From positions 1-57,599 of the IMG/VR virus record IMGVR_UViG_3300035136_000050: a DNA stretch of 57,599 nt; one strand, 5' to 3'. Shown piece after piece: positions 48,097 through 57,226 of the stretch. A program made the translations under genes and the position numbers. Each line of letters starts with the position of its first letter. The first letter of the stretch is position 1. This DNA is from a virus (taxonomy: Duplodnaviria > Caudoviricetes). Below the pieces are notes generated by a model. It was not told where the DNA came from and made no database searches. It was given only the letters and a program-made list of their open reading frames with translations.

Positions 48097-49880
48097 TGGC
48101 GCGGTTGTTTGACGACGCATCGAATGAGTATTTGCGAATAGCAGCATCGCCAGTGGCGGCAGAGCCGTTTGCGGTGGCAGCCTGGGTCAGGCCGGACGAT
48201 GCAGCACCAGATCAGCAGACAATCCTATCTATTGGCCATGCAATAGGATCCAGGTATTTTTGCTCGGCGTTGGATGGAGCTAGTGGTAAATTGGTTGCAT
48301 TGGCATACGATGGAGACGCCAGTTCGCTGGCAGTAACATCTACGTCGTTTGCGATTAATACCTGGCAGCACACAGTAGCTATTTTTGCGGACAACGGAGA
48401 CATCAGAGTATTACTAGATAATGCAGGCAGGGGGATCAACACTGATGTACATTCATCTATGACGAGTAATGCTGTTGCGATTGGTGTGTCTGCGGACAAC
48501 ACGCCATACGGATATATGTCGGGGAGAATTGCAGAGGCCGCCATATACGACCTGAGCCAGTTGCCAGGAGCGACTAATGGAGATAAAGCGGATGAGTTTG
48601 AGCGCATTGTTTTGCCGGCGTTGGCGGCGGGGTACTCACCGTTATTTTTTCGATTGGGATTGGTGGCATATTGGCCACTGGTGCGCGATAGAGACCTGGA
48701 TTGGGTTGGTGGTCATCACTTAACAGCATACAACACTCCTAATGTAGCCGAACATCTGCGGATTATTTATCCGCGTCCGAGGGCGACAATTATGTGGCCA
48801 TCGGGTCTGACACTGGTGCATGTGATTGGGGAGACGGCGCAGGCGGCAGAGAGCACAGGACGAACGCGAACATTGGCGCGATTACTGACTGAGAGTGTTC
48901 AAGAAAGCGAGAGCGCGGCCCGGATACGGACGCTGGCCCGGCTGGTGGCTGAGGCCGTCCAGGGGAGCGAGGGCGTGCTCAGGCCCCGGACGTTGGCCCG
49001 GCTCATTGGCGAGACGGCTCAAATTGGGGAAAGCCCCTCGCGGCTGAGGGGCCTGCTCAGAGCAATCGGCGAGACGGTCCAGATTGGGGAGAGCATAGCT
49101 AGAATCCGGGGATTGATGCGAGCGGCCAGCGAGACGGTGCAGGCGTCGGAGAGCGTGGCCAGGTTGATGGCGATGACGCGGACCATCGGCGAGACGGTGC
49201 AGGGTAGTGAGGGTGTGGTCCGGATACGGGCGCTGGCCCGGCTGATCTCGGAGAGCATCCAGATCAGCGAGGGCGCGGCGAGGGCCAGGGCGCTGGCCAG
49301 GGCGATTGGCGAGACGGTGCAGGCCGGGGAAGTGGGCGCTCGATTGAAGGGGATGGTGAGGGCAGTTGGCGAGACCATCCAGATTGGGGAGAGCTTGGCG
49401 CAGGTCCGGGGCCTGGTGCGAGCGGCCAGCGAGACGGTGCAATCCTCGGAGAGCGCAGCGAGGCTGATGGCGATGACGCGGACCATCGGCGAGACGGTGC
49501 AGGGTAGTGAGGGTGTGGCCCGGATACGGGCGCTGGCTCGGCTGATCTCGGAGAGCATCCAGATCAGCGAGGGCGTGGCGAGGGCCAGGGCGCTGGCCAG
49601 GGCGATTGGCGAGACGGTGCAGGCCGGGGAAGTGGGCGCTCGATTGATGGGGATGGTGAGGGCGATTGGCGAGACCATCCAGATTGGGGAGAGCGTGGCC
49701 CAGGTCCGGGGACTGGTGCGCGTGGTTGGGGAGATGGTGCAGGTGGTGGGAGGCGTGATCCGGGCGCTGGCCGTGATAGTAGCAGCAGTGCGGCGGGTGG
49801 TGGTGGAAAGCGAGAGCCGGCTGTTGAGCGTGAAGGGGGGCAGGATGGTGGTGGTAGATGAGGAAGATAGGACGATTTAG
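48096..49880 (+). CDS. LamG-like domain plus 20-aa repeat stalk (fibre/decoration)
   Basis: AWVRPD, WQH, GRIAEAAIY, LVAYWPL; about 16 repeats of IGETVQxxE...RL. Confidence 0.78.
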   Translation: MARLFDDASNEYLRIAASPVAAEPFAVAAWVRPDDAAPDQQTILSIGHAIGSRYFCSALDGASGKLVALAYDGDASSLAVTSTSFAINTWQHTVAIFADNGDIRVLLDNAGRGINTDVHSSMTSNAVAIGVSADNTPYGYMSGRIAEAAIYDLSQLPGATNGDKADEFERIVLPALAAGYSPLFFRLGLVAYWPLVRDRDLDWVGGHHLTAYNTPNVAEHLRIIYPRPRATIMWPSGLTLVHVIGETAQAAESTGRTRTLARLLTESVQESESAARIRTLARLVAEAVQGSEGVLRPRTLARLIGETAQIGESPSRLRGLLRAIGETVQIGESIARIRGLMRAASETVQASESVARLMAMTRTIGETVQGSEGVVRIRALARLISESIQISEGAARARALARAIGETVQAGEVGARLKGMVRAVGETIQIGESLAQVRGLVRAASETVQSSESAARLMAMTRTIGETVQGSEGVARIRALARLISESIQISEGVARARALARAIGETVQAGEVGARLMGMVRAIGETIQIGESVAQVRGLVRVVGEMVQVVGGVIRALAVIVAAVRRVVVESESRLLSVKGGRMVVVDEEDRTI

Positions 49881-50057
49881 GCGCGTCGTAGGTCGAATGA
49901 TAATCTGGATAGCATTGTTGATGTCCAGCCGATCAATCAGGCGGATGGCGCGGGCGAAATTGGGACCGGACGCCACGGTAGACACAGCAGAGCAGGTGGT
50001 GGCGGTTTTGAGCAGGAATGGAAACGGGGCGCAGCCCTATAAAAGGAGGGTTATTAG

Positions 50058-50666
50058 ATGAACTTTTTACGACTGAAATCGGATGCAGTGGCGCGCTATA
50101 AGGCGCGGTGGGGCCAGTATTGGATGGACAGGCTGGTGGAGGAAATTCAGCGGCGGCACCGCGACCAGGTGGCGGTGACGGGGACGGTGCTGGCGGTGTT
50201 GCGCGAGCCGAGACTGGGGTTGGAGTTGTGTGTCCCAGGGCTGAACATCGTGACGAACGACGGGGATACGTATTACGCGCAGAGCGCGGCCGGGGAGTCT
50301 GTGGACGACGATTTTGATGGGGCCAGCTCGGGCCTGCGACTGGGGGATGATAACACCAGCCCGACCAAAACAGACACGGACGTGACCTCGTTTTTGGCAA
50401 CATCAGGTCACGCCCTCGACGGTGGATATGAAAAAACGGACGACGACGACAGCGACAATACTGGGGCGGGGGTAGATGTAGTTACGTGGCGGTACTCGTA
50501 TTTGACGAGCGAGGGCAACGTAGCCGACATCATCGAGGGGGCGGTGGTGGACGACCGCACGACTCCCACGGCGGCGTTGACGCATTTCCTGTTTGCGGCG
50601 ACGTTCAGCAAAACGAGTTCGGACACGCTCAAGGTTTTTGTGAATCACACGATGAACGGGGTATAG
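50058..50666 (+). CDS. Virion-associated protein
   Basis: AGGAGG RBS; NIVTNDG...KTSSDTLKV. Confidence 0.6.
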   Translation: MNFLRLKSDAVARYKARWGQYWMDRLVEEIQRRHRDQVAVTGTVLAVLREPRLGLELCVPGLNIVTNDGDTYYAQSAAGESVDDDFDGASSGLRLGDDNTSPTKTDTDVTSFLATSGHALDGGYEKTDDDDSDNTGAGVDVVTWRYSYLTSEGNVADIIEGAVVDDRTTPTAALTHFLFAATFSKTSSDTLKVFVNHTMNGV

Positions 50667-50667
50667 C

Positions 50668-50934
50668 GTGGACACATTTTACAAGGACCCGAACGCTAAC
50701 CTGGATTACCAGATTGACTGGTCTTCGTGGCTGGGGAGCGACACGATCAGCAGCAGCGCGTGGACGGTGCAGAGCGGGCTGACGAAAGGGTCCGACTCGA
50801 AAACCGACACGACGACGACGGTGTGGTTGAGCGGGGGGACGGCGGGGCAGACGTACCGGGTGACGAACCGGGTGGTCACGGCGGGGGGACGGACGGATGA
50901 TCGTTCGTTCTGGGTGGTGGTGGAGGAAAAGTAG
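50668..50934 (+). CDS. Small fibre-adaptor-like protein
   Basis: KDPNANLDYQIDWSSWL...VWLSGG-AG-TY-VTN. Confidence 0.65.
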   Translation: MDTFYKDPNANLDYQIDWSSWLGSDTISSSAWTVQSGLTKGSDSKTDTTTTVWLSGGTAGQTYRVTNRVVTAGGRTDDRSFWVVVEEK

Positions 50935-50983
50935 GGCTGCGTGTTACGTGCTGCGTGTTACGTGCTGCGTGGTGCGTTTGGCA

Positions 50984-51010
50984 GGGCATATAATAGGGAG
51001 TTATGTGTGC
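50984..51010 (+). other. dif/lox-like site L
   Basis: GGGCATATAA-TAGGGAG-TTATGTGTGC. Confidence 0.85.
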
Positions 51011-51050
51011 TGGCTTTGAGAGCAGGATTTTCGGAATAGGCGGATAGATT

Positions 51051-51704
51051 ATGAGTGTTAGCCTGGCGGACCTGGTGGCGCGGCTGGAGGAGGATGTGCC
51101 AGCGCGGAATAGCGTGCCGACGGATCGGCAGTACCAGCGGTGCGTGAAGGATGCGGCGGCGGATTATAGCCGGCGGCGGTCGTTGCGGAAGCTGACGACG
51201 TTGAGCGTGGTTCGTGGGACGGCGGAATACGAGTTGCCGGACGATTTCCTGAAGGTGCTGTTGCTGGAGTCGTTGTCGTCACCGGATGGGGTGCTGGTGT
51301 CGGCGGCGGGGCTGATCCCGCTGGATGCGACGTATAAAGAGCGGTTTTACGTCGTGGGGACGACGCTGACGCTGGACCCGACGCCGACGTACACGCTGGA
51401 CCGGGATTTGTGGTATGCGGCGGGGTACGTGTTGGACGCTGACAGCGTGTACCAGGATATGGGCGAGGCCGAGGCGGGGGTGGTGTTGTTGAAAGCGGCG
51501 GCGCTGGCGCTGACGAGGCAGGCGAACAAGGCGGCGCAGGAGGCCTGGCAGTACGCGGTGGGGGATGAGCGGGTGAACAAGGAGCGGCTGGCGGAGGCGC
51601 TGCGCAAGCAGGCAGAGGCGAGCGAGGCGCAGTATTTGCGCGAGACGGCGGCGGAGACGGGGCCGGTGGGGATGAGGGCGCGGTATGACGCGCTGGGGTA
51701 TTGA
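51051..51704 (+). CDS. Probable head-tail adaptor
   Basis: G-AEYELPDDF motif; synteny. Confidence 0.6.
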   Translation: MSVSLADLVARLEEDVPARNSVPTDRQYQRCVKDAAADYSRRRSLRKLTTLSVVRGTAEYELPDDFLKVLLLESLSSPDGVLVSAAGLIPLDATYKERFYVVGTTLTLDPTPTYTLDRDLWYAAGYVLDADSVYQDMGEAEAGVVLLKAAALALTRQANKAAQEAWQYAVGDERVNKERLAEALRKQAEASEAQYLRETAAETGPVGMRARYDALGY

Positions 51705-51733
51705 GTAATACGTAAAGCGTAAAGGAGGGCGAC

Positions 51734-52195
51734 GTGAATAATCCGATTGGAGAGGGGGGGCTGACTGAACTCATTGGGGTGGATGAGCAGGTTGCTCAGA
51801 ACAAGTTTGGGGGGAGCGTGGGGGTAACGCTGGACGCGACGTTGAAACGGTCGGGGGAGATCGTGAGCCTGGCGTTGTATAGCACGGGCGGGGGAATTTT
51901 GACGCCGGCGGGGAAGCTGCTAGTGCTGGACGCGGACCCGGCCGTGGCGGTGGGCGACGCGGCGCTGGCGGCGGCGGAATGGGCGACTGTGTTGGGCGTG
52001 GTGGCGGTGGCGGCGGGGGACTGGGTGGCGGACGCGGCGGGGGCGGCCGTGTTCAAGGCGGACGTGGGGCTGGCGTTTCACGCGGTGCAGTCGTTGTATT
52101 TCGTGTGGCTGCACCAGGACGCGACGACGTTTAATAGCGACGCGGGGGATGATGAGTTGTTGCAACTCAATTTTTGGTACCGTAGGGATAGTTAG
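51734..52195 (+). CDS. Hypothetical virion protein
   Basis: AAGGAGG RBS. Confidence 0.55.
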   Translation: MNNPIGEGGLTELIGVDEQVAQNKFGGSVGVTLDATLKRSGEIVSLALYSTGGGILTPAGKLLVLDADPAVAVGDAALAAAEWATVLGVVAVAAGDWVADAAGAAVFKADVGLAFHAVQSLYFVWLHQDATTFNSDAGDDELLQLNFWYRRDS

Positions 52196-52256
52196 TTTTT
52201 TGGAAGCCGCATCGGGGATGCTCACTCCGCTTTAAGAGAAATAAGGAGTAGGGAGT

Positions 52257-52586
52257 ATGGGGTTGATTGGGAGCGATGATTTGGCGCAGATGGCGGCGGA
52301 TTTGGCCGAGGTGCGCGGCGATAATGAGGTGAGTGTGATCATCCGGCGAGGGGGGAGCACGCTGGCGGCGCAGAGCGTGCGCGTGGCGCGGACGGGGGGG
52401 CAGGGGATGGAGCGGGATAGCGAGGGAGCGCAGCAGGCGACGGGGCGGGTGGTGGTGCTGGGGGCGACGACGCTGGACATAGAAGCCCAGGATAGGTTTA
52501 GCGTGGCGGGAGTGTTGTACGAGGTGGTGCTGGTGCGGCCGAATAGGACGGCGGCGACGGTGGCCGAGGCGCGGTTGGTAGAATAG
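52257..52586 (+). CDS. Probable head-closure protein
   Basis: LDIEAQDRF-V-G-YEV pattern; synteny. Confidence 0.6.
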   Translation: MGLIGSDDLAQMAADLAEVRGDNEVSVIIRRGGSTLAAQSVRVARTGGQGMERDSEGAQQATGRVVVLGATTLDIEAQDRFSVAGVLYEVVLVRPNRTAATVAEARLVE

Positions 52587-52612
52587 GTATTGGATATTAG
52601 GTATTGGGGATT

Positions 52613-52963
52613 ATGAGTGTTCGATGGGTCAGGCCGCCGAGTGAATTGGAGAAAGCAATTGAGCAATACGCGGATAGGGTGCTGACGGCGGTCACGGCTG
52701 TTGCTGAGTATTCGGCGACGACGATGCAGAACGAGGCGCGGCGGAACGCGAGGTGGACGGATAGGACGGGGAACGCGCGCGGCGGGTTGTTTGGGTTGGC
52801 GGTTCGAGATGGGAAAGTGATCAAGATTGTGTTGGGACACACTATGTATTATGGATTGTATCTCGAAACGAGCTATGGGCAAAAATACGCGATCATCATG
52901 ACGACGATTGAGGCGCATTTGCCGGAGTTGGAGCGGATGTTGCGGGATTTGTTGAGTGGGTGA
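52613..52963 (+). CDS. HK97 gp10-like neck protein
   Basis: NARWTDRTGNAR...YGLYLE...KYAII. Confidence 0.75.
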   Translation: MSVRWVRPPSELEKAIEQYADRVLTAVTAVAEYSATTMQNEARRNARWTDRTGNARGGLFGLAVRDGKVIKIVLGHTMYYGLYLETSYGQKYAIIMTTIEAHLPELERMLRDLLSG

Positions 52964-53085
52964 GTCGTTGGGTGGGCGGGCGCTCCCGCTGGGGAGTGGG
53001 GAGCGCCCGCCCACCGAGGGGCTGACTCATTGCAGGCGGGCGGCGTTGAGGTCGGCGAGGTTTTTGATGAGGACGGCCAGGAGCA

Positions 53086-53112
53086 GGGCAGGTAATCACC
53101 TATTATGTGTCC
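53086..53112 (+). other. dif/lox-like site M
   Basis: GGGCAGGTAA-TCACCTA-TTATGTGTCC. Confidence 0.85.
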
Positions 53113-53176
53113 TGGCTTTCGACAGGCTCAGGATGAGAGCAGGATTTTCGGAATGGGCGGATGAGGGGATAGGGGA

Positions 53177-54208
53177 ATGAATTATTTTTTGAGCCATCAC
53201 CTGGACCGGGATGGGTATGGGTACGCGGGGTTGAAGATTCTCCAGGCGCTGGGGCGAGTGGCGCGGGGCGAGTGGCGGGGGGTGGATATGTGCGCGGATG
53301 GGGGGCGGGCAAGGCCGGGGGAGCGGGAATGGGTAGTGGAGAGGACGGCGGTGGTGATGACGACGCCGGAGTGGTGGCCGGACGTGCGAGCGGAGAGGTT
53401 GATTGGGTTCACGATGTTCGAGAGCACACGGATGCCGGAGAAACGGGTGGAGCTGATCAACGAGCACGCGGCGGCGTGCCTGGTTCCGTGCGAGTGGTGC
53501 AGGCGCGTGTTCGAGGAACAGGGGGTGAGGGTTCCTGTGCGCGTGGCGCGGTGGGGCGTGGACCAGGCTGATTATTGGTTCCTGGACCGGAGCGACCACG
53601 AGGGGCCGTATACGTTTTTGTGGAGCGGGACGCCGGATTTCCGCAAGGGGTGGGACCTGGTGTACAAGGCGTTCTGGGCGGCGTTCGGGGGGAGCGACGC
53701 GGCGCGGCTGGTGCTGCATTTCCGGGAGATGCCGAGGGGGGTGCGCGGGGTGGGCGACCGCAACGTGCGGTTCGTGGTGGGATACCTGGGACGGCGGGAG
53801 ATGCGGCGGTTGTTCCAGGATGCGGATTGTTTTGTGTTCCCCAGCCGGGGCGAGGGGTGGGGCCTCCCACCCAGGGAGGCGGCGGCGACGGGGCTGCCGG
53901 TGATTGCGACGGAGTGGGGCGGGCTGGCGGAGGAGATTTCGGATTGGGCGGTGTGCCCGCTGCGGGTGCGCGAGTTGCGGCCGGCGGCGTTTGGGTTTTG
54001 GAACGCGGGGGAGATCGGGGAGTGGGCGGAGCCGGAGTTTGAGCATCTGGTGACGTTGATGAGATGGTGTGCGGAGAATCGGGAGGCGGCGGTGAAAATG
54101 GGGGAGATGAAGGCAACGTGGATGGCGAGCGAGGGGACGTGGGAGAGGACGGCGAGGGGGATTAGAGATTGGGTATTGGGTATTGGTCCTTCGACAAGCT
54201 CAGGATGA
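53177..54208 (+). CDS. GT-B (GT4-like) glycosyltransferase
   Basis: RKGWD; FPSRGEGWGLPPREAAATGLPVI. Confidence 0.92.
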   Translation: MNYFLSHHLDRDGYGYAGLKILQALGRVARGEWRGVDMCADGGRARPGEREWVVERTAVVMTTPEWWPDVRAERLIGFTMFESTRMPEKRVELINEHAAACLVPCEWCRRVFEEQGVRVPVRVARWGVDQADYWFLDRSDHEGPYTFLWSGTPDFRKGWDLVYKAFWAAFGGSDAARLVLHFREMPRGVRGVGDRNVRFVVGYLGRREMRRLFQDADCFVFPSRGEGWGLPPREAAATGLPVIATEWGGLAEEISDWAVCPLRVRELRPAAFGFWNAGEIGEWAEPEFEHLVTLMRWCAENREAAVKMGEMKATWMASEGTWERTARGIRDWVLGIGPSTSSG

Positions 54209-54214
54209 AATGAG

Positions 54215-54694
54215 ATGAAATTGTTGCTGGGGTGTGGGGATGAGAATAGGGGTAAGGACTGGGTACACGTGGACCGGGTGGGGCTGGGGCACGTGGACGT
54301 GGTGTGGGATTTGAACGTCAGGCCGTGGCCGTTTGAGGAGGGGGATGTTGAGCGGATAGAGGCGGTTGACGTGTTGGAACACCTCGACGACACGGTGGGG
54401 TTTTTTGACGAGTGCTGGCGGGTGCTGAGGCCGGGGGGGCGGCTGGTGGTGCAGACGGTGCATTATGCCAGCGAGAATTGTTGGCGAGACCCGACGCATC
54501 GGCGGGGGTATCACCCGGATATGTTTTATTATTTTGATCCGTCGTCGCCGTGGTGGCAGACATTTGGGAAATTGTACACAGAACGGACGTGGCGGGTGTT
54601 GCGGGTGGTGCATTTGGTTGAGGATGGAAATATTTGGGCGGAGATGGAGCCGTTGAAGGAAGTGGGGAGTAGGGAAGTAGGGAGTAGGGAGTAG
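54215..54694 (+). CDS. Class I SAM-dependent methyltransferase
   Basis: LLGCG, WDLN-PWPF, VLEHL, ECWRVLRPGG, DPTH. Confidence 0.88.
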   Translation: MKLLLGCGDENRGKDWVHVDRVGLGHVDVVWDLNVRPWPFEEGDVERIEAVDVLEHLDDTVGFFDECWRVLRPGGRLVVQTVHYASENCWRDPTHRRGYHPDMFYYFDPSSPWWQTFGKLYTERTWRVLRVVHLVEDGNIWAEMEPLKEVGSREVGSRE

Positions 54695-54700
54695 GGGAGT

Positions 54701-55117
54701 ATGCGGGACGCGATTTTTGACGTGTTGGATGGGGATGTGACGCTGGGGGCGACGCTGACGGGTGGGGTCTACACGGGTGTAGAGATCAGCCGCCAGGGGA
54801 CGCCGGGGGCGTTTGACGCGAACGGGGAGATCGAGCCTTGCGGGTTGTTGCGGTTTTCGACGGAGACGCCGATTGGGCCGCACGATCACAGCGCGCGGTT
54901 GTTTTTTAGCGTGATGTTTTACGAGCGGGCGGGGTACACGAGCATCGAGGCGGCGCGGGCCAGGGTGTACGCGCTGTTGCATCGGCAGCGGGTGACGCCG
55001 GGGAGCGGGGGGTGCTGGGAGATCCGGCATAGCGACGACGTGCTGGATGTGGAGGACGAGGCGCTGGGGTGCAAGCTGGCGATTAGCCGGTTTTACGCGG
55101 TGGTGAATCGCGGATAG
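54701..55117 (+). CDS. Probable tail terminator
   Basis: Size, synteny before major tail. Confidence 0.55.
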   Translation: MRDAIFDVLDGDVTLGATLTGGVYTGVEISRQGTPGAFDANGEIEPCGLLRFSTETPIGPHDHSARLFFSVMFYERAGYTSIEAARARVYALLHRQRVTPGSGGCWEIRHSDDVLDVEDEALGCKLAISRFYAVVNRG

Positions 55118-55204
55118 GGCGTTTTTTGCGAGACCCGCATCGGGGATGCTTGCTCCTCATAGAGCATCGGGGATGCTGGCTCCTCATAGAGAGAGGTAGG
55201 GAAT

Positions 55205-55618
55205 ATGAGAATCAGGTATGTTGGTCCTGGAGAACGGATTTGGGGGAAGCATGTTTGGAACGTGACTGTCGGGATGGCGCAGGAGATTGACGACTTGGAC
55301 GCGGTGGTGGATTTGTTGACGTATCCCAGGGAGCAGTTTGTGGTGGACGGGGACGAGCCGCTGTTGCTGGTGGATGGGATAGAGGCGCGGACGGCGGCGA
55401 TGCTGGCGTTAGAGGGAATTGGGGACTTGGAGGCGCTGGCGGCGCTGGATAGGGAGGGGGTTGAGAAGTTGAGCGGGGCGATCTGGGTCAGCAAGCGGCA
55501 GATCGCGGGTTGGGTTCGGCAGGCCAGGAAGCTCCTGGACCTGATCGTCGAGACGGGCCAGGACGAGGCTGGTCCGGCGAGCACACAGGAACCAGGTGGT
55601 AGCCCTGGGACTGAATAG
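55205..55618 (+). CDS. Protein with helix-hairpin-helix domain
   Basis: VDGIEARTAAMLALEGIGDLEALA...W-QAR. Confidence 0.6.
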   Translation: MRIRYVGPGERIWGKHVWNVTVGMAQEIDDLDAVVDLLTYPREQFVVDGDEPLLLVDGIEARTAAMLALEGIGDLEALAALDREGVEKLSGAIWVSKRQIAGWVRQARKLLDLIVETGQDEAGPASTQEPGGSPGTE

Positions 55619-55632
55619 TTAGGAGGTTGGAT

Positions 55633-56157
55633 ATGTCTGGTTATGGTGACAAGCCGTTTGGATTGAGAGACGTAAAATTTACGGATATCACGGGCAGCAC
55701 GCAGGTAGACCTGCCGGTGGCGCGGACGCTTTCACTCAAGGAGCGACTGCGCACGGGGGAGTTGAGCGGCGATGACCAACTCCAGGCCGTGGTGGCGTTT
55801 TCCGAAGCGGTGGAGTGGAGCCTGGAGGAGGGCGGCATTTCGTTGGAGGCATACGCGCTGATCACCGGCCGCACGGTGAGCACGGCGGGCAGCTCGCCGA
55901 GCGAGACGACGACGCTAACGGTGGACGGGGCGGAGACGTTCCCGTATTTCAAAATCTACGGAAAGAGCATCGGCGACGGCGACGATGACGTTCACGTCAA
56001 ATTGTTCAAGGCGAAGGTTACGGGGGGCCTGGAAGGAACGTTGCAGGATGGTAGCTTTTTCGTGACCAAATGCTCCGGGATCGCGGTGGACGACGGCGTG
56101 AACGGTATCATGGACATCGTGCAGAACGAGACGGCGGACGATTTGCCGGCGACGTAG
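55633..56157 (+). CDS. Major tail protein
   Basis: AGGAGG RBS; FGLRDVK, L-GDD, PYFKIYG. Confidence 0.8.
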   Translation: MSGYGDKPFGLRDVKFTDITGSTQVDLPVARTLSLKERLRTGELSGDDQLQAVVAFSEAVEWSLEEGGISLEAYALITGRTVSTAGSSPSETTTLTVDGAETFPYFKIYGKSIGDGDDDVHVKLFKAKVTGGLEGTLQDGSFFVTKCSGIAVDDGVNGIMDIVQNETADDLPAT

Positions 56158-56229
56158 TGCGTGTTGTGTGATGCGTGTTGCGTGATACGTGTTGCGTGAT
56201 TACGTGTTGCAACGAAAGGGGAAAGTGTT

Positions 56230-56643
56230 ATGGACGAAAAGTATGTGCTGGGGGTGGAGGAATGGCGGCGGCGGCGGCAGGAGGGGGAGCTGGTGACGTT
56301 GCCGAGTGGGATGGTGGCGCGGCTGCGGCGGATCCACATCCTGGACCTGGTGGAGCAGGGGGAGATACCGGCTTCGCTGGCGACGCTGGCAAGCGAGCTG
56401 GTAAGCGCGAGCCGGACGAACTTGAACGCGGGGGCGATGAAGCGGTACGGGCAGATCGTCAACCGGGTGGTGCGGGCGGCGATGGTGGAGCCGCGCGTGG
56501 GGGATGAGCCAACGAAGGAGCAACTGGCGGTGGACGAGTTGGAAATGCTGGACAGGCTGGCAATTTTCAACTATGGCAACGTATCCACGCGCTCGTTGCG
56601 GCTTTTTCGTCCGGAGCAAAAGGAATCTGTGGAGTCTGCATAA
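56230..56643 (+). CDS. Tail assembly chaperone
   Basis: VTLPSG motif; between MTP and TMP. Confidence 0.75.
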   Translation: MDEKYVLGVEEWRRRRQEGELVTLPSGMVARLRRIHILDLVEQGEIPASLATLASELVSASRTNLNAGAMKRYGQIVNRVVRAAMVEPRVGDEPTKEQLAVDELEMLDRLAIFNYGNVSTRSLRLFRPEQKESVESA

Positions 56644-56914
56644 TCTGGCGGCGGCGTATGGTCAGCGGCCCTCGGCGATCTTGGAGATTGAGGATAGCTG
56701 GGCGGCGTACCAGTTGGACCTGGCGTGTTTGACGGTGGGGCGCTGGGTGGAGAACCGGCTGGCGCGGCGGGATAAAAAGGGCCGCCCAGTGTTCACGCTG
56801 GAAATGTTGCTGCACCAGGATGATGGCGAGGGCCAGCCTGGCGGCGGGGCGTTCAGGTCGCTGGCGGGGATGGTGCGGCGGAAGGCGCGGATTGATAGGA
56901 GCGGTGTTTGGTAG
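56606..56914 (+). CDS. Tail chaperone extension, probably reached by frameshift
   Basis: Overlapping +1 frame ORF (YGQRPSAIL...AYQLD-AC); CTT TTT CGT at 56602. Confidence 0.65.
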   Translation, partial: FVRSKRNLWSLHNLAAAYGQRPSAILEIEDSWAAYQLDLACLTVGRWVENRLARRDKKGRPVFTLEMLLHQDDGEGQPGGGAFRSLAGMVRRKARIDRSGVW

Positions 56915-56943
56915 TGTTTGCGCGCAACGTTTGCGTGCAAACA
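56915..56943. promoter_or_regulatory. Overlapping parS-like palindromes
   Basis: TGTTTGCGCGCAACGTTTGCGTGCAAACA. Confidence 0.55.
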
Positions 56944-57005
56944 TTATCAGCCGGAGAGCCGGACCCTTGAGGTCTATCAGACCTCAAGGGTCTAGGAGTG
57001 TAGCG

Positions 57006-57203
57006 ATGACGAGGATCAGGTACGTTGGCGGGGAGAGGCAGGCCGAGGTGCTGGTGCATACCAAGGGGCAGGGGTGGAGGGTGTACCAGTGGAATGCGGG
57101 GAATGGGTTTGTGGTGGACGTGGACGATGAGGAACTGGTGATGGAGTTTTTGGAAGAGCCGGATCAGTTTGCGCGAGCGGACGCGCCATTTATAGACCCT
57201 TGA
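57006..57203 (+). CDS. Small protein flanked by nested palindromes
   Basis: AGGAG RBS; RIRYVG start resembles ORF 55205. Confidence 0.6.
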   Translation: MTRIRYVGGERQAEVLVHTKGQGWRVYQWNAGNGFVVDVDDEELVMEFLEEPDQFARADAPFIDP

Positions 57204-57226
57204 GGTCTGGGAGACCTCAAGGGTCT

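Noticed and set aside
55137-55190. Duplicated GCATCGGGGATGC unit (also at 52209) and 27-bp tandem at about 11879-11931
   Set aside because: Only two or three copies, no spacers; no function supportable
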